Below, piece after piece: positions 8,086 to 15,935 of a DNA stretch of 15,935 bases (position 1 is its first letter; every line of letters begins with the position of its first letter). Under the pieces are notes generated by a model. That model was not told the origin of the DNA. It did no database searches and worked only from the letters and a program-made list of their open reading frames with translations. The DNA is from Chthonomonadales bacterium (GTDB lineage Bacteria > Armatimonadota > Chthonomonadetes > Chthonomonadales > Chthonomonadaceae). Both the position numbers and the translations under genes were made by a program. The stretch lies in contig JBBQPO010000140.1 in NCBI GenBank assembly GCA_038217285.1, forward strand, positions 1 through 15,935. Direction: 5' to 3'.

Positions 8086-8910
8086 CTACAGCAGGTTTTC
8101 CAGGCCGATGACGAGGCCGGTCAGAGCGCGGACTTTGCGGACCGCGAGGAGGACGCCGGGCATGAACGAGCTGCGGTCGATGGAGTCGTGGCGCAGGGTG
8201 AGAACCTGTCCCTGCCCTCCGAAGATCACTTCCTGATGCGCGACGAAGCCGCGGAGGCGGACGCTATGTATCGGCACGTCGCCGGTCACGCCATCGCGCG
8301 CGCCTCGGGCACCGGGTGCCCTCTCGACAAGGCCGGTTGGAACAGCCATAGGAGCGACATGCGCGGCCTGACGCGCTTCCGCGATCTTCTGCGCGGTTAG
8401 CAGCGCTGTACCGGAGGGGGAGTCGAGCTTGCGGTCGTGGTGCAGTTCGATGATCTCGACGTCCGGCAGATACTTCGCCGCCTGCGCCGCGAACTGCATC
8501 AGAAGCACCGCCCCGAGCGCAAAGTTCGGGGCGACGAAGGCTCCCACCCCGTGGGCTCGTGCCAGCGAATCGAGGCCCGCAAGGTCGTCGTGCGAAAGTC
8601 CTGTGGTGCCGACGACGGGAGAGACACCCAGCATCAGCGCCGTGCGCAGGTTGGCCAGCACACCGTCCGGCAGCGTAAAGTCCACCAAAACGTCCGGCTT
8701 GTGCTGCTTCAACTCTGCTTCCAGATTGTCGCCGATTCGGACATTCGCCTCGCCAACACCTGCCAGTTGACCGGCATCCGTGCCGACGCCATGATGATCG
8801 ATGGCCGCGACGAGCTGCAGACCTTCGGCCCCTAGCACGGCGCGCACCACCTCACGGCCCATGCGTCCCGCCGCACCGCTCACAGCCACGCGAATCAGAT
8901 CCTCACACAT
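8086..8910 (-). CDS. dapB: 4-hydroxy-tetrahydrodipicolinate reductase
   Basis: Motifs: GAAGRMG, VDFT.P, VVGTTG, APNFALG, EIIELHHDRKLDSPSGTA (catalytic His/Lys), HSVR. The start is either ATG 8910 (GGAGG ~10 nt upstream) or ATG 8928 (TAATG overlap with the peptidase stop). Confidence 0.95.
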   Translation of the reverse strand: MCEDLIRVAVSGAAGRMGREVVRAVLGAEGLQLVAAIDHHGVGTDAGQLAGVGEANVRIGDNLEAELKQHKPDVLVDFTLPDGVLANLRTALMLGVSPVVGTTGLSHDDLAGLDSLARAHGVGAFVAPNFALGAVLLMQFAAQAAKYLPDVEIIELHHDRKLDSPSGTALLTAQKIAEARQAAHVAPMAVPTGLVERAPGARGARDGVTGDVPIHSVRLRGFVAHQEVIFGGQGQVLTLRHDSIDRSSFMPGVLLAVRKVRALTGLVIGLENLL

Positions 8911-8927
8911 ACCCTCGGAACCTCCCA

Positions 8928-10190
8928 TTACGCTTTTTTCTTCGCCGAGAACGGGCCAATGGCGGTCAGGGTCAACTGCGCGGGGTCGAGGACGTGGGCC
9001 GCGACCGCCGCGATGCTCTCCTGAGAGACGGCCTCATAGTTCGACAGAATCTCTTCCAACGGCACCACGCGCCCGTAGGACATGATGTTGTCGCCATAGC
9101 GGCTCATGCGGGCGCTCATGCTCTCCAGTCCCAGCACCAGCGCGCCGCGCACCTGCGTTTTGGCTTTGGTCAGCTCATCGTCGCTGATGCCTTCCTTGCG
9201 TACCTTGTCGAACTCCCCGTGCGTCAACTCCACCACCTGATCGTAGGTCGTCGGGCTGGTGCCGCCATAGACGCAAAAGTAGCCGCCGTCTTCGTAGGAG
9301 CGACCGTAGGAGCCGATAGCGTAGGCCAGTCCTCGCTTCTCCCGAATCTCCTGAAACAGCCGCGAACTCATGTTGCCACCGAGAACGTTGTTGAGAATGG
9401 AGAGCGAATAGCGCTCCTTCTGCTTCTTGCTGTAGGCAGCGGTGCCGAGGCAGAAATGGACCTGTTCGACGTCCCGCTTGCGTACCTGTTTGCTTTTCCC
9501 GGTCGGCTTCGGCTTGCGCTGCTTGCGCGTCGGCGCCTTGCCCTCCATGTCGCCCAGAGCTTCCGTGGTGAGCTTGACCAGCTCCTCGTGCGGAATATTG
9601 CCCGCCGCCGAAAGAACAATCCGGTCGGGGCGATAACAGGTGCCGATGTACTCGGTGATGTCGTCGCGGGTCAGTCCCGAGACCGTCTTATCGGTGCCGA
9701 TGATCGCCTTTCCGAGGGGATGGGTAGACCAGAGAGTCGACTCGAAGATCTCATGGATGCGGTCCTCCGGCGAGTCCTCGTACATCTTGATCTCTTCCAG
9801 TACGACGCGCTTCTCCCGCTCCATCTCCTCGGTATCGAACAGGGAGCCACGCAGCATATCGGTCAGAATGTCGAGCGCCAGCGGCGTATGCTCGGCCAGA
9901 ACGCGAATATGGTAGCAGGTGCTCTCCTTGTCCGTGAAGGCGTTCAGGTGTCCGCCGCGCGACTCGATCTCGTCGGCGATCTGTCGAGCCGTGCGTTTGC
10001 GGGTGCCTTTGAACATCATGTGTTCGATAAAGTGAGAGATGCCGCGCACCGGCTCTCCCTCGTCCCGCGACCCGACGCCGACGAACATTCCAATGGAGAC
10101 GGACTGCACATGCGGCACGGTTTCGGAGACGACGCGGAGGCCGTTGGAAAGGGTGGTGAGTTGAATGTTTTCTGTGATTTTTTTGTTCAT
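8928..10190 (-). CDS. M16B family zinc peptidase (YmxG/MlpA/PepR-like)
   Basis: 420 aa. LSNGLRV, GSRDE, inverted zincin HFIEH (HxxEH) followed by MFKGT, LNAFT, and C-domain LGGNMSSRLFQEIREKRGLAY. Confidence 0.92.
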   Translation of the reverse strand: MNKKITENIQLTTLSNGLRVVSETVPHVQSVSIGMFVGVGSRDEGEPVRGISHFIEHMMFKGTRKRTARQIADEIESRGGHLNAFTDKESTCYHIRVLAEHTPLALDILTDMLRGSLFDTEEMEREKRVVLEEIKMYEDSPEDRIHEIFESTLWSTHPLGKAIIGTDKTVSGLTRDDITEYIGTCYRPDRIVLSAAGNIPHEELVKLTTEALGDMEGKAPTRKQRKPKPTGKSKQVRKRDVEQVHFCLGTAAYSKKQKERYSLSILNNVLGGNMSSRLFQEIREKRGLAYAIGSYGRSYEDGGYFCVYGGTSPTTYDQVVELTHGEFDKVRKEGISDDELTKAKTQVRGALVLGLESMSARMSRYGDNIMSYGRVVPLEEILSNYEAVSQESIAAVAAHVLDPAQLTLTAIGPFSAKKKA

Positions 10191-10217
10191 GGTGATGTCA
10201 ATGATACCCCGAACGCT

Positions 10218-11744
10218 CTATTTTTGCTTCTCTAAAGTGTGGCGCAGCACTGCGCCGGGATGCTCTCCGGTGACACGGCCGTTGTCCAGGACCGAAACGC
10301 CGTTGATCAGTACGGTTGGAATGCCCACCGGTGGGGCGGCAGGCGCGGCCACCGTCGCCCGGTCCTGCACGGTGGCGGGATCGAAGAGCACGATGTCGGC
10401 TTTCATGCCGCGCGCGATTCGGCCTCGATCAGCGAAACCAAATCGCGTGGCGGGCAGGGAGGTCGCCTTGCGAATCGCCTCTTCGAATGTCAGGAGGTGT
10501 TTGGTCCGCACATACTCGCTGAGCAGGCGGGGAAACGAACCGGCCCCACGGGGATGAGTCGGATGCAGCCCTCCGTCGGTGCAGAACATGATTCCGGGGG
10601 CGGCGATAAATTTGTCGAGGTCACTCTCCGTCATCGCGGTGACCACGACGCTCTCCGAACCCTTCGCGCCCTCGCCGTGCGTCTTCTGGACGATCTCCTG
10701 GATCACGGTGATGGCATCGTGGCCGGTCATGGCGGCGATCTCAGCGATGGTCTTGCCGCTCCAGGCGGCGTCGGGCGTATAGGTCGTCAGACGCACATGC
10801 TCGGGGCCGCCCACCTCCGCCAGACCCGTCTCCCACGCCTTGCGGTCGCTCCAGTCCCGGGTCGGGATAAGGACGATGATCGTGGACTGCCAGTAGGTGT
10901 ACGGATAGACGTCCGCGCTGATGTCCAGGCCACGCTTGTGCGCGTCCCGCATAAGCGCAAAGACATCAGGAGCCTTGTTCCAAACGGGCGAGGTGTCCAG
11001 TTTGATATGCGAGATCTGTGCGGGCAGTCCGCCCTTTTCGGCGATGGTGATCAGCTCGCGGAACGACTCGAACGCCTTGTCCCCTTCGTCCCGAACGTGG
11101 CTGATGTAGAGGCCATGATACTTCGCTGCCGCCTTCGCGCAGGCGATCAGCTCATCGGTGGTCGAGTAGAAACCGGGGTCGTACTCCAGGCCCGAGGAGA
11201 GGCCGAGGCCGCCCGCCTGCATCTCCTGTGCGACAAGATCCGCCATTTTACGCTGCTCGTCCGTCGTCGTCGTGCGTTTGTACTCCTGGCCCGTCACAGC
11301 GTTCCGCACCGTACCATGCCCGACAAAGCTCGCGATGTTCAGGGAGACATGTTTCACTTCCAGCTCTGCGAACCACTGCGCGAGAGGGAGATGGGAACTT
11401 CCGTCCTGCCCAACGACAGAGGTCGTGATGCCCTGCCGGATCTGCGTTTCGGCGTCGGGATCGGCCAGCAGTCCGCCATCGGCGTGGCTATGGGCGTCGA
11501 TAAACCCCGGCGCGACGATCAGGCCTGTCGCGTCGATCACATGTTCGCCCGGCCTCGGGCGCAGCTTTCCGATCTCCGTAATGGTGTCCCCGACGATCCG
11601 CACGTCCGCCTTACGGCGCTTCGCTCCGGACCCATCGATGACAGTTCCACCGGTGATGAGTACATAGTTCTCCGCGCGGGAAGGGAAGGACGAAATGACC
11701 AGAGCAGACAAAATCAGGGATGGCAGTAGGTGGTTGATTCGCAT
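10218..11744 (-). CDS. N-acyl-D-amino-acid deacylase (D-aminoacylase) family amidohydrolase with a probable signal peptide
   Basis: 508 aa. Motifs: PGFIDAHSH (HxH), QGITT.VVGQDG, SSGLEY.PG, SHVRDE, ISHIK, DVYPY, TDG, HPRGAGSFPR, RGRI..G..ADIVLFD. N-terminus MRINH + hydrophobic stretch + SRA. Confidence 0.85.
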   Translation of the reverse strand: MRINHLLPSLILSALVISSFPSRAENYVLITGGTVIDGSGAKRRKADVRIVGDTITEIGKLRPRPGEHVIDATGLIVAPGFIDAHSHADGGLLADPDAETQIRQGITTSVVGQDGSSHLPLAQWFAELEVKHVSLNIASFVGHGTVRNAVTGQEYKRTTTTDEQRKMADLVAQEMQAGGLGLSSGLEYDPGFYSTTDELIACAKAAAKYHGLYISHVRDEGDKAFESFRELITIAEKGGLPAQISHIKLDTSPVWNKAPDVFALMRDAHKRGLDISADVYPYTYWQSTIIVLIPTRDWSDRKAWETGLAEVGGPEHVRLTTYTPDAAWSGKTIAEIAAMTGHDAITVIQEIVQKTHGEGAKGSESVVVTAMTESDLDKFIAAPGIMFCTDGGLHPTHPRGAGSFPRLLSEYVRTKHLLTFEEAIRKATSLPATRFGFADRGRIARGMKADIVLFDPATVQDRATVAAPAAPPVGIPTVLINGVSVLDNGRVTGEHPGAVLRHTLEKQK

Positions 11745-11769
11745 GGTTAAGGGCTTTCTATGGCGTGAG

Positions 11770-12116
11770 CGGGTGACCTAACCCCCCGTCCCCCTTCCCG
11801 ACGAGGCTCATCTTGTCCCGTAGGGAAGGGGATGCCCTGGCAAAGAACGACCGCCTCGCGCTTTACTCCCCGCCCCTCAAGGAGCGGTCTGAGGCGGTAA
11901 GCCCCCTAAAGGGGGCTGGGTCGGACGTGAGCAGGGATGATGGCGCAAGGAAACAGGGTGTCAGCCATCGCTGGTGGAGAGATTTGCTCTCCCTTTCAAC
12001 CCTCCCAGGCCCATTTATGGGCCTTAACCTTTCCCAACAGGCCGCTCCTTTAGGGGCGGCGGTCTTAAGCGACAAGATAAGCCGTCTCGGGAAGGGGCCG
12101 GGGGTTAGGTAGCCCG
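11770..12116. repeat. Nested inverted-repeat element (REPIN/BIME- or MITE-like, non-coding)
   Basis: Outer imperfect IR: 11776-11817 vs 12071-12110, extendable by CGGG/CCCG to 11770/12116. Inner inverted pair of twin hairpins: 11870-11920 vs 12004-12059. Additional small hairpins lie in the core. Confidence 0.8.
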
Positions 12117-12165
12117 GTAAAGCGCGGAGAAATCTCTGGATCATTTTGATGGCGGTACAGTACGG

Positions 12166-12909
12166 CTAACGGTTCAGAACGCGGGCTAGAAAGGCGCGGG
12201 TTCGCTCTTCTTTGGGAGCAGTAAATACCTGTTCCGGTGGTCCTTCCTCTAAAATACGTCCGCCGTCGAGAAAAAGTACACGCTGCGCCACTTCGCGGCA
12301 GAAGCCCATCTCGTGAGTCGCGACGAGCATGGTTCGGCCCTGTTGGGCGAGGTCGCGCATGACTTCCAGCACCTCGCCAACCAGTTCCGGGTCGAGGGCG
12401 GATGTCGGCTCGTCGAAGAGAAGGAGAGCCGGGTTAAGGGCCAGGGCGCGGGCGATGGCGACACGTTGCTGCTGGCCGCCCGACAGCTCTGCCGGATAGG
12501 CGTCGGCCTTGTCGGTGAGCTTGACCTGGGCGAGCAAAGCATGACCTTCGGATTCTGCCCTCTCTGCCGGAATATTCAGCACCTTGCGCGGGGCGAGCGT
12601 GACGTTTTCCAGGGCGGTCAGATGCGGGAAGAGATGGAACCTCTGAAACACCATCCCGATCTCGCGGCGGTCCAGGTTGACACTTTCCGGAGTGATCTCG
12701 CGGTCCTGAAAGCGGACAGACCCGGCCGTGGGCGTCTCCAGGCGATTGATGCAGCGCAGCAGAGTCGATTTGCCGCTGCCGGAGGCGCCGATCAGTCCGA
12801 CGACCTCGCCTTCGCGCATCGTCAGCGAGATGTCACGGAGGACGTCCAGCGTACCGAATCGTTTGCACAGGCCGTTCAGGATCAGGAGGGGCGCGTCTGT
12901 ATCAGGCAT
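12166..12909 (-). CDS. Polar amino acid ABC transporter ATP-binding protein (GlnQ-like)
   Basis: 247 aa. Walker [19 protein letters not shown], signature LSGGQQQR, Walker [13 protein letters not shown]-loop ATHE. Overlaps the upstream gene by 8 nt. Confidence 0.95.
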   Translation of the reverse strand: MPDTDAPLLILNGLCKRFGTLDVLRDISLTMREGEVVGLIGASGSGKSTLLRCINRLETPTAGSVRFQDREITPESVNLDRREIGMVFQRFHLFPHLTALENVTLAPRKVLNIPAERAESEGHALLAQVKLTDKADAYPAELSGGQQQRVAIARALALNPALLLFDEPTSALDPELVGEVLEVMRDLAQQGRTMLVATHEMGFCREVAQRVLFLDGGRILEEGPPEQVFTAPKEERTRAFLARVLNR

Positions 12910-14605
12910 TGGCGACGGCTCCTTTGCGGGGACGTGGGCGACTGATGGGCTGATACTTCTCTTCCAGTCGCCGAACCACCCAGGTCAGGGGCAACGTCAT
13001 GCAGAGATAGAGCAGGGCCACGGCGAGATAGATCGTGGTCGGCGCGCCTTTGGATGTAGCCAGTTCCGTTCCGACGCGCATCAACTCGCTGAGCGCCACA
13101 ACGGAGACCAGGGACGAGTCTTTCAGCAGCGCCACCGCTTCATTGGTCAGCGGGGGCAGGACGCGCCGGACGGTCTGGGGCAGAATGACCCAACGCATCG
13201 CCAGTCCATAGGTCATGCCGAGCGAACGCGCGGCCTCCATCTGCCCGGTGTCGATGCTCTCGATTCCGGCCCGAAAGATCTCGGAGATATAAGCGCCCGC
13301 ATTCAGGCTCAGCGCGATCACACCGGAGGTGAACGGATCGAGATTGATGCGCAGGGACGGCAAGACGAAGTAGATCACGTAGATCTGCATCAGCAGCGGG
13401 GTGCCGCGCAGCACCTCGACATAGATCTTTGCAACCCAGACGAGTGGCGTTGCCGGGGAGATGCGCGCCAGAGCCACGGCCAGCCCGAGCGGTATACCGA
13501 TCAACAGCGCGAGGGCCGTCAGCACCAGTGTCAGCTTCGCGCCGCGCAGCAGATCCGGCAGAGCCGCCCGAATCAGCCCAGAATTGATGGTGAAATGCGG
13601 GGAGTTGTCGGTGGAACTGCCGCCCATCGTTTTGGGAGGCGCACTCTGCGGTGAGGCGCGATCTACCTCGGCGTCGGTCGCGGTGCCTGCGCCCCGATTC
13701 TTGTCCAGGTCAGCAAGAATCCCCGTCGTCAGCGGCTCGTGAATCCAGGCCTGATAGAGGCGGGCGTACCGCCCATCGACGAGAATGATGCCCAGTGCGC
13801 GGTTGATGGCGTCTCGCAGTTCCGGCTCCCTTTGTCGCATCCAGACACCGACATATTCGTTGGTGAACAGGCCCCCGGTCAACTCCAGTTGCGGATAGCT
13901 CTTGCGCAGGCTTTCCTTGAGTGCGGGCAGGTCCGCCACAGCCGCGTCCGACTTGCCGTTGACGACATCCGTGAGGCCGTCCTCCAGCTTGTCGAAGCGG
14001 TTGATATGATCTTTCGGGACGCCGAGCTTTTGCAGGGCATACTGACCTGTCGTCTCCTCCTGCACCGAGATGCGACGGCCTTTGAGGTCTTGCAGACGCT
14101 GGACCGTCGTGTCGCCTTTCCGCCTCGCAATCGTCTGACCCGACGGAAAATAGGGGCGTGAGAACGCGGTCGTCTTCTTGCGCTCGTCGGTGATCGTCGC
14201 GCCGGAGATAATGACGTCGCACTTATGCGACTCCAGCGCGCCGAGCACGCCTGACCAGGCCATCTGCTTCCAGACCACCCTGACGCCCAGCTCCCGGCCG
14301 ATCTCGTTGCCGAGATCGACATCGAAGCCGAGCAGCTTTTGGCCGTCCACATACTCGAAGGGCGGGTAGGTTGCATCCGTCGCGATGACCAGCTCTCCAC
14401 GCTGCCGAATCCCGTCCAGGCTGCTCTGCGCCCGCGCACCGCCAGGGCAGTGAAGAAGCACGGCGATGCTCATCAAAGAGAGCCAGAGTCGGAGGTTCGT
14501 CAGCTGGAGGAAGATAGGATCGCAGCGTCCAACCCGTGGAAGGGCGCTCACGTAGAAGGTCCGTAAGCTCGATGTAAACGCCTCTTGTGAAGGGTCAGGA
14601 AGCAT
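12902..14605 (-). CDS. Polar amino acid ABC transporter, fused substrate-binding domain (family 3) and permease (GlnH-GlnP type)
   Basis: N-terminal domain [27 protein letters not shown]-terminal permease [43 protein letters not shown]. The start is uncertain: 14605 overlaps the GMC stop as TGATG, but a later start nearer the hydrophobic signal segment is possible. Confidence 0.9.
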   Translation of the reverse strand: MLPDPSQEAFTSSLRTFYVSALPRVGRCDPIFLQLTNLRLWLSLMSIAVLLHCPGGARAQSSLDGIRQRGELVIATDATYPPFEYVDGQKLLGFDVDLGNEIGRELGVRVVWKQMAWSGVLGALESHKCDVIISGATITDERKKTTAFSRPYFPSGQTIARRKGDTTVQRLQDLKGRRISVQEETTGQYALQKLGVPKDHINRFDKLEDGLTDVVNGKSDAAVADLPALKESLRKSYPQLELTGGLFTNEYVGVWMRQREPELRDAINRALGIILVDGRYARLYQAWIHEPLTTGILADLDKNRGAGTATDAEVDRASPQSAPPKTMGGSSTDNSPHFTINSGLIRAALPDLLRGAKLTLVLTALALLIGIPLGLAVALARISPATPLVWVAKIYVEVLRGTPLLMQIYVIYFVLPSLRINLDPFTSGVIALSLNAGAYISEIFRAGIESIDTGQMEAARSLGMTYGLAMRWVILPQTVRRVLPPLTNEAVALLKDSSLVSVVALSELMRVGTELATSKGAPTTIYLAVALLYLCMTLPLTWVVRRLEEKYQPISRPRPRKGAVANA

Positions 14606-15935
14606 CAGAGAGCCTTTGCGATCTGTTCGGCGCAGCGGAATGCCAGGGCCATGATGGTGAGGACAGGGTTGAACCCGCCGTTGGTGACGTGCAGGGAGGC
14701 ATCGACGACGAAGAGGTTATCGTGCGCGTGGACACGGCCCCACTTGTCGGTGACGGAGGTGCGCGGGTCTTCGCCCATGCGACAGGTTCCCGCCTGATGC
14801 TGGCCCGCGCTCAGTCCCAGGCTCGGGGGATAGCCCCAGACACGCACTGCGCCGCTCGCCTCCATCCACTCCCGCGCGCGCTCATACAGGAAGGTCGCGG
14901 TCTTGACGGTCTCGGGATGCGTCGTGCCGGAAAGCTTCGCCACCGGGATGCCATAACGGTCGCGCACATCGGGAGCGATCTGTACGCGGCATTCCGGGTT
15001 GGGAATATCCTGAACGGGCCCCATGATGTGAATGGTCCGGTTGAAGTTCTCGCGCATCCAGCGTTTGTTCTCGGCTCCCCAGCGCGGGACACCCGGCGGC
15101 AGCGACCCGCGCCAGAAGATGATCGGGAGTTTGGTAAACTCATTCGCCAGCATGCCGCCCCCGACGACGCCCACATTCCCATGATTGAACTGGCTGGTGG
15201 CGATAGAGACGCCAGGACCGAGGCCGTCGTGCACAACCTCGTCGAAAAGGCCCTGGACGCCGGGGTAGAAGTGGCCCTGCAGATTGCGCCCGACCACGTC
15301 GTTCGCGTTGCCAAGGCCATGCGGATGCATCGCTGAGGCAGAGTTGAGCAACAGGCGTGCCGATTCGATCGCGCCACTCGAGACGATGACCGCCTTCGAT
15401 ATCGCCGATTCGCGCTGCACTATCCCCTCACGCTCTATCAGATACGTCACACCAACCACGTTACCGCGTTCGTCCGTATCGATGCGCTCCACCATGGCCT
15501 CCGTCACCAGGTCGCACAGGCCGGTGGCGAGGGCGCGGGGAATCAGGGTGTTCTGGGTCCCGTTCTTGCTATCGGAAGGGCAGGCGAAGCCAACGCAGTA
15601 GCTGCACTGCACGCAGGCCGGTCGGCCAAGATAGGGGACGGTGTTGATGAGCAGGGGGACCGGGTTGGTGTTCCACCCCAGTCGCTCCGCGCCGCGCTGC
15701 ATCACTTTCCGGCTCGGATTGTCGGGAACCGGCGGCATCGGGTAGCCTTTGGCCCTGGGCGCCTGCACGCGACTGGCCTCACCGTCCCCCGCAACGCCTA
15801 ACTCCCACTCCGCCCTCTCGTAGAAGGGGGCAAGCTCGCTGTATGAGATCGGCCAGTCCGACAGCGAACTGTGCTCCGGCACACCGTAGAGAGAGGCCAT
15901 GCGGACGTCCTGCTCCATGAATCGCCACGCCTGTG
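14605..15935 (-). CDS. GMC family FAD oxidoreductase (5' end outside the window)
   Basis: Motifs: DWPISYSEL.PFYERAE..LGV.G, GAIESARLLL.S, VGRNLQGH, HQAGTCRMG (His), NLFVVDAS, GGFNPVLT (Asn). The frame stays open to the edge (..QAWRFM) and the N-terminal GxGxxG motif is not visible, so the gene is truncated by the window. Confidence 0.9.
   Translation of the reverse strand, partial: QAWRFMEQDVRMASLYGVPEHSSLSDWPISYSELAPFYERAEWELGVAGDGEASRVQAPRAKGYPMPPVPDNPSRKVMQRGAERLGWNTNPVPLLINTVPYLGRPACVQCSYCVGFACPSDSKNGTQNTLIPRALATGLCDLVTEAMVERIDTDERGNVVGVTYLIEREGIVQRESAISKAVIVSSGAIESARLLLNSASAMHPHGLGNANDVVGRNLQGHFYPGVQGLFDEVVHDGLGPGVSIATSQFNHGNVGVVGGGMLANEFTKLPIIFWRGSLPPGVPRWGAENKRWMRENFNRTIHIMGPVQDIPNPECRVQIAPDVRDRYGIPVAKLSGTTHPETVKTATFLYERAREWMEASGAVRVWGYPPSLGLSAGQHQAGTCRMGEDPRTSVTDKWGRVHAHDNLFVVDASLHVTNGGFNPVLTIMALAFRCAEQIAKAL

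Noticed and set aside
8994..11729. 413-aa and 496-aa plus-strand ORFs
   Set aside because: Antisense shadows of the M16 peptidase and the amidohydrolase. The same applies to 511-1428, 12728-13654 and 14587-15336.
11776..12110. CRISPR array or intact IS interpretation
   Set aside because: The repeats are inverted rather than direct, are not regularly spaced, and have no cas or transposase gene nearby. No TSD is visible.
11813..12144. 99-aa and 93-aa ORFs in the intergenic element
   Set aside because: They are translations of GC-rich palindromes (e.g. LTPGPFP), with no transposase or other motif and no clear SD.

Overview
High-GC bacterial chromosomal window, almost entirely housekeeping and mostly on the minus strand. 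In transcription order the minus strand carries: a 5'-truncated GMC oxidoreductase, a fused amino-acid ABC substrate-binding/permease gene and its ATPase, a ~345-bp non-coding nested palindromic repeat element, an apparently exported D-aminoacylase-family amidohydrolase, an M16 peptidase, dapB, a MUG-type DNA glycosylase, asd, dapA, RNase J and a membrane-anchored beta-propeller-like hypothetical protein. That protein converges on a plus-strand NAD-type isocitrate dehydrogenase family gene, which is divergent from mqnC (futalosine menaquinone pathway). I see no transposase, integrase, CRISPR array, tRNA or rRNA, and no clear multi-gene novel system. The best leads are: (1) the repeat element at 11770-12116, with ~40-bp outer inverted repeats and an inner inverted pair of twin hairpins showing compensatory base changes; (2) a MUG lacking the canonical catalytic Asn (GINPG replaced by GAAAS), sitting inside the DAP/lysine cluster; (3) an 11-bp stem that buries the start codon of the hypothetical gene downstream of RNase J. 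All family assignments come from motif recognition, not database searches.
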